In this document: piece by piece, positions 59,228 to 64,000 of the stretch
Layout: every line of letters begins with the position of its first letter
Numbering within the stretch: the stretch's first letter is position 1
Assembly: GCA_023267855.1 (NCBI GenBank)
Contig: JALNLN010000001.1
Coordinates: 23,620 to 87,619, forward strand
Origin: Candidatus Geocrenenecus dongiae
GTDB taxonomy: Archaea; Thermoproteota; Nitrososphaeria_A; Caldarchaeales; Wolframiiraptoraceae
Reading direction: 5' to 3'
DNA: 64,000 nt
Translations under genes and position numbers: made by a program
Notes under the pieces: model-generated
What the model was told of the DNA's origin: nothing
Seen by the model: the letters and a program-made list of their open reading frames with translations, nothing else
Databases searched by the model: none

Positions 59228-59455
59228 TTATCCATTACCAAATTGTGGAGAGAGAAGTATTACTAACATGAATCCATAATTTTATTAGGTTAAGTACTGA
59301 ATTTTGGAAAAACCTAATGTATGGATTTACCGTTAGTTTCTATGTTTACTGATTTTTGTTGAAGATTTAACTTTACTTAAGATCGAGGTCTTTCAGATTG
59401 ATACGATCACATGGATGAGGTAAGAATTATTAAGAAGTGGTGGAGAATATTGTAC

Positions 59456-59779
59456 ATGATGGAGTTTATCCAGGTAATAACTACAATTGACAGTAAAGAG
59501 AAAGCTGAGGAAATCTGTAGAATACTTCTTGAAGAAAGATTAGCGGCCTGTGTACAGATAATTGGTCCAGTAGATAGTTTCTACTGGTGGAAAGGAGAGA
59601 TTGAGCATAGTAGAGAATGGATATGTTTAATAAAATCTAGTAGAGAAGTTTATGGAGATTTGGAAAAGAAGATCTTGGAGCACCACCCATACGAGGTACC
59701 TGAGATAATAGTACTTCCAGTAATAGAAGGATATCGGAAATATCTAGATTGGTTGAGTAGTGAGTTAAAAAAAGAGTAA
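59456..59779 (+). CDS. cutA: Divalent-cation tolerance protein CutA
   Basis: ERLAACVQI, S.YWWKG, HHPYEVPEI, Y..WL. Confidence 0.92.
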   Translation: MMEFIQVITTIDSKEKAEEICRILLEERLAACVQIIGPVDSFYWWKGEIEHSREWICLIKSSREVYGDLEKKILEHHPYEVPEIIVLPVIEGYRKYLDWLSSELKKE

Positions 59780-59789
59780 GTGGAGATGG

Positions 59790-60251
59790 TTAAACTTTTT
59801 CAAGTTTCTCCATGAGCTGCTTTAAAGATTCCTTAACATCTTTTAGAGTGTTTTCTAGTATCTCTATCTTCTTCTTTTCTTCTTCAAGTTTCCTCTTAAG
59901 TTCTTCCAGCTCCTTCGTGGATGGAATCTCGATCTTTATACCTTCTCTTAAGAATCTTTCATATGTTTGTCGGATTAATTGACCTGCTTTCGTTTTTCCA
60001 GTTAGATGGTTACGAATTGTTGCTTCACTTCTACCGATATCTTCAGCTATCTGTGTTATAGTCATTTTTGCTTTCTCCCGGGCTAATGCTGCAGCTGCAA
60101 CTGCTAGTGAATCTACCCATGTAAGTCTTTCAGCAGGATTCTTTAGTTCCTCAATTACTTCTGGACTGAGGATTGTACTTATCAAGAGAGCTGTCTCAAG
60201 TTTATGTATCTGTTCTCTCCCAATAGGTGTTAAAGAAATTTCCTCACTCAT
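59790..60251 (-). CDS. HTH regulator of the family usually found next to thermophile KaiC ATPases
   Basis: ERLTWVDSLAVAAAALAREKA..TI..IAEDIGRSEATIRNHL.GKTKAG plus C-terminal coiled coil. Confidence 0.78.
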   Translation of the reverse strand: MSEEISLTPIGREQIHKLETALLISTILSPEVIEELKNPAERLTWVDSLAVAAAALAREKAKMTITQIAEDIGRSEATIRNHLTGKTKAGQLIRQTYERFLREGIKIEIPSTKELEELKRKLEEEKKKIEILENTLKDVKESLKQLMEKLEKV

Positions 60252-60305
60252 ACCAGACTCCTACAATAAATTTATGGAATAACTAGTTTTTATCTATGAT
60301 GTTGG

Positions 60306-61685
60306 TTAAGATACTGGTGGTTTTGGAAACCTCTTAATAAGCCTCTCTACATGGCTAGCAATCTTCAGCAGCTTTTTATCTTGTCCTGGTTCTGTGACTA
60401 TCTGTAAACCTATTGGGAGATTGTTTTTCGACAATCCACAAGGTATTGAGATTGCTGGAGCGTAGAGAGAATTGAAGACTTCCGTCATACAGAGTAAAGC
60501 ATACCTAACACTAACTTCCTTCTCTTTAACCTGAACTTTCTCTTCATCTATTCTAGGTGCTTCTATTGAAACTGTCGGTAAGAGGATTGCATCATGATCT
60601 TTCATCACCTTCTTGAATTTTTCTATAGTCTTCATTCTAACTCTTTGAGCATGTATGTAGACAGGAGCCGGTATGAAGTATCCCATCAAGATCCTGCCAG
60701 CAACATCTGGATCATACATACTCCAATAATCTCTAATCCATTTTAAATGGTATGTAGCAGATTCAGATAAGACTATGATGTATCTAGAGTTGGATGCATG
60801 CTTAAACCAGTCTAAATCCTCTAGATAATCTACTTTATGTCCAGCAGAAACGATCTTGTCTATAGTTCTCCAGAAAACCCCCTCAACTTCGCTTGAAGCA
60901 AGTTCTTCAATTATCTTTGCAGGTACAAGAAATCTAAGTTCTCTATCTATTTCTTCTTTGAGATTTTCTGCGAAACCATGTCTGCCCCCTGTCATTATGT
61001 CTAAAACTAGAGCGGTGTCTTCTACAGATTTTGTTATTGGTCCAACAGTATCTAAACTCCATGAGAGAGGTACTACCCCTTCTAAACTCAATAATCCATA
61101 GGTTGGCTTAAATCCTACCACACCACATAGAGCAGAAGGTATCCTAATGGAGCCAGCTGTATCTGTTCCCAGACCTAGTACTGAGATTTCAGTTGCTACT
61201 GCTACAGCAGATCCACCACTAGATCCACCACTAATACGTTCTAGATCCCACGGGTTTCTAGATGTACCATAGTGTGGGTTCTTGTTAGTTACTCCGAAAG
61301 CGAATTCATGCATATTGGTTTTACCGATAATTATGGCTCCAGCTTCTCTCAACCTACCTACAACTTCAGCATCGTAAGATGTTTGGAAATTTCTAAGAAT
61401 CTTAGATCCAGCTGTAGTAGGCATATCTCTGGTATAGAATACGTCTTTAACAGCTATGGGGAGACCGTGTATCAAGCTACGTTGTACGCCTTCTTCAAGT
61501 TCTTTCTCAAGTTCTTCAGCCTGCTTATAAGCTAAGTCTTCAGCAACATATATAAACATGTATAGCTTATTGTTAAGTTCTCTTATCTTCTTTAGTGTGT
61601 GCTCGATAAGTTTCGTAGGCTTCAATTTTAAATTCTTCAATTGGGATGCAAGATCCCTCAATGTATATCTCCATAGATCTAGCAT
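60306..61685 (-). CDS. Amidase signature family protein
   Basis: GLPIAVKD, GKTNMHEFA, GGSSGGSA, GTDTAGSIRIPS, LPIGLQ; no gatB/gatC adjacent. Confidence 0.9.
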   Translation of the reverse strand: MLDLWRYTLRDLASQLKNLKLKPTKLIEHTLKKIRELNNKLYMFIYVAEDLAYKQAEELEKELEEGVQRSLIHGLPIAVKDVFYTRDMPTTAGSKILRNFQTSYDAEVVGRLREAGAIIIGKTNMHEFAFGVTNKNPHYGTSRNPWDLERISGGSSGGSAVAVATEISVLGLGTDTAGSIRIPSALCGVVGFKPTYGLLSLEGVVPLSWSLDTVGPITKSVEDTALVLDIMTGGRHGFAENLKEEIDRELRFLVPAKIIEELASSEVEGVFWRTIDKIVSAGHKVDYLEDLDWFKHASNSRYIIVLSESATYHLKWIRDYWSMYDPDVAGRILMGYFIPAPVYIHAQRVRMKTIEKFKKVMKDHDAILLPTVSIEAPRIDEEKVQVKEKEVSVRYALLCMTEVFNSLYAPAISIPCGLSKNNLPIGLQIVTEPGQDKKLLKIASHVERLIKRFPKPPVS

Positions 61686-61844
61686 TCTAATTACCTCCAG
61701 ATTTTATTTTAATTAATCTCTAGTTCGAGAAGTTGAGAATCTTCTATAAATTTAGATATATTTTCAGAAGCTTTTCTTAATAATTGTTCATCTATAGATT
61801 CCAGTCTAAATATCTTCTTCACAAACTCCACTCTCTATTCACCT

Positions 61845-63239
61845 TTACTGATTCTGCTGTACTTCCTCTTTTATAGGTATCACTTTGATGTACTCATCTG
61901 TACACTCTATCCTAACCTTACCACCCTCCACTATACCAAACTTCTCTACAACATCTTTAGGTAATGTTATCCTTCTTCCAGAAAGAACTTTTTGAATCTT
62001 CCCATTTGTAGAGTTCTTTACTTCCATTTCACTATTTACTTTTTCGGAGACTGGAGGAGGTGGTGGAGGCGATGGAACTATTGGAGGCGGGGGACTTACA
62101 GTTTTCCCTCTTCTTCTTAAGATATTCAAGACTAGTAAGCTTGCAGCTATACCTCCAATAGCTGCTGACTCAGCGTAGAGGATGTATTTAGTCATGGTGT
62201 TCTCGTTTGTGAGAGATGTGTACGCTAAGTTTAACTCTGAGAGTTGATTCTCTTTCTCCGTAACTTCTTCTTTCAAGTTCTGGATAGTTGATTTAAGCTG
62301 ACCTATTAATTCTATGTTTTCCTCATGTCTACTCTTTAAGTCTACATATCGTTCATAAACATTGTTGTAAACGCCCTGTAGCTGATAGTATTCTTTTAGT
62401 AGAGTTTGATAATCTTCTCTAAGAGAATTGTATAGTGATTGTAGTTGTTTATTATCTTCTATCAAATCTTCATAGAGTGTTCGTAGTTTCTCGTAATCTA
62501 TCTGAAGCTTCCGATACTCTTCACTAACATCCTTATATGCTTCTTCAAGCTTACCATATTTCTTCTTCAATTCTTCATAATCGGCTTGAAGTTTATTAAA
62601 ACTATTTACGAGAGAGTTGTAGCTACTTGAAAGCTTACTATAAGATGAAGATAAAGAATCTAAACTATCCTGAAGCTTGCTTATCTCTGATTTCAAGTTA
62701 TCTATCTTCTCTTCTAAAGTCTTTATTCTCTTCTTCGCTGATTCAAGATCTAATAAAACTTCATTGTAAGTGTATCTTCTAACTGTAGACATGTACCATT
62801 TAACGTAAAGTGCGATTGGATCTGGAGTTATAGAAGGATCTATAATAACCGTGTAAGTTACAGCGAGTTCAGCTAGAAGATATGGATCCGGTCTTCTAGG
62901 GCTTGGAATACAAATCTCAATATTCTTACTATATACATCGCTAGGAGATAGAGTTTTTCCGCTAAGAATCGTTTGGCTATAAATGGTTTCAGTTATACCG
63001 TCTCTATACAATTTTATCGTTAGCACTAGTTCATCTACGATGAGCTGTTTAAGAGCTTCTACTTTAAGTGTAAATGTATAACATGATTCAATCTTAACTT
63101 CTGGTGGATAGTAGAGAGAGATCTTAATGTTCTCGTCTTCCATTATGGTAGTGTAAGCTTCAGCAGAGACAGGTGTTACTAAGACAACTAGTAAACTCAA
63201 TATAATCAGTGGTATCAACGATAGATATCTATTCGTCAT
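61845..63239 (-). CDS. Secreted-domain/coiled-coil/TM protein with C-terminal AbrB-like domain
   Basis: Signal peptide (..PVSA/EA), beta-rich domain, about 190-aa heptad region, TM, poly-Pro, then KVLSGRRITLPKDVVEKFGIVEGGKVRI. Confidence 0.75.
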   Translation of the reverse strand: MTNRYLSLIPLIILSLLVVLVTPVSAEAYTTIMEDENIKISLYYPPEVKIESCYTFTLKVEALKQLIVDELVLTIKLYRDGITETIYSQTILSGKTLSPSDVYSKNIEICIPSPRRPDPYLLAELAVTYTVIIDPSITPDPIALYVKWYMSTVRRYTYNEVLLDLESAKKRIKTLEEKIDNLKSEISKLQDSLDSLSSSYSKLSSSYNSLVNSFNKLQADYEELKKKYGKLEEAYKDVSEEYRKLQIDYEKLRTLYEDLIEDNKQLQSLYNSLREDYQTLLKEYYQLQGVYNNVYERYVDLKSRHEENIELIGQLKSTIQNLKEEVTEKENQLSELNLAYTSLTNENTMTKYILYAESAAIGGIAASLLVLNILRRRGKTVSPPPPIVPSPPPPPPVSEKVNSEMEVKNSTNGKIQKVLSGRRITLPKDVVEKFGIVEGGKVRIECTDEYIKVIPIKEEVQQNQ

Positions 63240-63313
63240 ACCTTAAGATTACGCATCCACCTTAATATCTTTTAATACATGTATCTTGTAGTTCAACGCT
63301 ACAGCTAGCTACA

Positions 63314-63820
63314 TCATTTAATAAGTATATTCTTAACGTTTTGTAGAAGATTCCATATCTTATCATTTACATAGTGGATATTCTTCGCCACCTTCCCCTT
63401 AACCATTGTTTTAAAAGAATCTACATCTACTAGTGCTGTACATATAGCTATAGGCTTACCATGTCTCTGATCTCTAACAACTACTAAATCTCCTTCTCTA
63501 AAAACTCCGATTACATTTATTACGCCTGGACGCATAACATCTGCTCCATTCACTATATGTGGAACAGCGCCCATATCAACTATCAATGTAGGTAAACTAT
63601 CTAGAATATTCTTAGAAAATTCTTCCAATAATGTTGGAAGGAAGATATTGTTCTTTTCTAAGATGATCGTTTTCCCCAACTTATATATCTTCAAATCATC
63701 TATTTCTATCTTAAAAACGTTCTCTATTTTCTCTTCTAGATTCTTCTTAAACCAATCTAAACTCTTTAGTTTTTCTATAAATCTAGCAGAATCCTTCTTA
63801 CTTAGATAGTTTGCCTTCAA
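63314..63820 (-). CDS. PUA-domain RNA-binding protein (MCT-1/Tma20-like)
   Basis: LSKKD, LPTL, VDMGAVPHIVNGADVMRPG, KGK..KNIHYVND.IW; TTG start. Confidence 0.9.
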   Translation of the reverse strand: MKANYLSKKDSARFIEKLKSLDWFKKNLEEKIENVFKIEIDDLKIYKLGKTIILEKNNIFLPTLLEEFSKNILDSLPTLIVDMGAVPHIVNGADVMRPGVINVIGVFREGDLVVVRDQRHGKPIAICTALVDVDSFKTMVKGKVAKNIHYVNDKIWNLLQNVKNILIK

Positions 63821-63999
63821 TTAGAAATCCCCCGATCTTCTAAAGAATCTTTCTCACACTCTTTTAGAGATCTAATTATGAGATAAGCTTCATCTAGGTT
63901 TTTCACTCTCTTAACATGATCTCCTTCATTTATATTCCTATTCCATGGTTGATCGTATATCAAGATGAGGCTTCTTCTCGCAGGATCTAAATCGGCTAG
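63817..63999 (-). CDS. C-terminal part of a probable 5'(3')-nucleotidase-like HAD protein (runs off window)
   Basis: Hand translation LADLDPARRSLILIYDQPWNRNINEGDHVKRVKNLDEAYLII...SN*; the ILxxDxPWNR..RVxN motif is typical of NT5C-like proteins. Confidence 0.55.
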   Translation of the reverse strand, partial: LADLDPARRSLILIYDQPWNRNINEGDHVKRVKNLDEAYLIIRSLKECEKDSLEDRGISN

Positions 64000-64000
64000 T

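Noticed and set aside
250-61535. Numerous 60-165 aa ORFs antisense to or nested in long genes
   Set aside because: They shadow well-supported CDSs on the other strand and have no motifs; typical antisense frames.
60306-61685. Calling the amidase gatA
   Set aside because: No gatB/gatC adjacent and no clearly GatA-specific motifs recognised; left as a generic amidase.
1-64000. CRISPR arrays, rRNA, IS elements, proviral genes
   Set aside because: No regularly spaced repeats, long GC-rich RNA-like tracts, transposase or capsid/integrase motifs seen.

Overview
AT-rich (mostly housekeeping) chromosomal segment of a thermophilic archaeon, probably TACK/Caldarchaeales-like. This is inferred from GatDE, Pus10, the archaeal AroA'/AroB'/AroK route, AOR, a thermosome subunit and intron-bearing tRNAs without encoded CCA. 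It holds about 59 CDS: a sugar/polyol catabolic cluster with a W/Mo aldehyde:ferredoxin oxidoreductase, a BMP nucleoside ABC operon, PPi-type PFK plus class II aldolase, srp54-pus10, an ask-asd-aroA'-aroB'-aroD-aroE-aroK operon with aroA-aroC nearby, gatDE, glnA and a split Fe/B12 ABC transporter. There are five tRNAs (Lys-CTT, Ala-TGC, Ala-GGC, Trp-CCA with two introns, Phe-GAA with one). I saw no CRISPR array, IS element or rRNA. The best candidate for an undescribed system is an unannotated 27-codon leader peptide (MDKNTKTLKKATTFFYSFWSYRYFTLA, 8 of 11 consecutive codons Phe/Tyr/Trp). It has overlapping alternative stems, a GC hairpin and a U-tract directly upstream of the aromatic-amino-acid operon, i.e. 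a bacterial-style attenuator architecture in an archaeon. Also notable: a shared palindromic operator (TGGATGGA-N3-TCCATCCA) linking two halves of an ABC transporter about 36 kb apart, a membrane-anchored coiled-coil protein with a cytoplasmic AbrB-like domain, and a methyltransferase/ATP-grasp fusion. All calls come from reading the sequence by eye; no searches were run.
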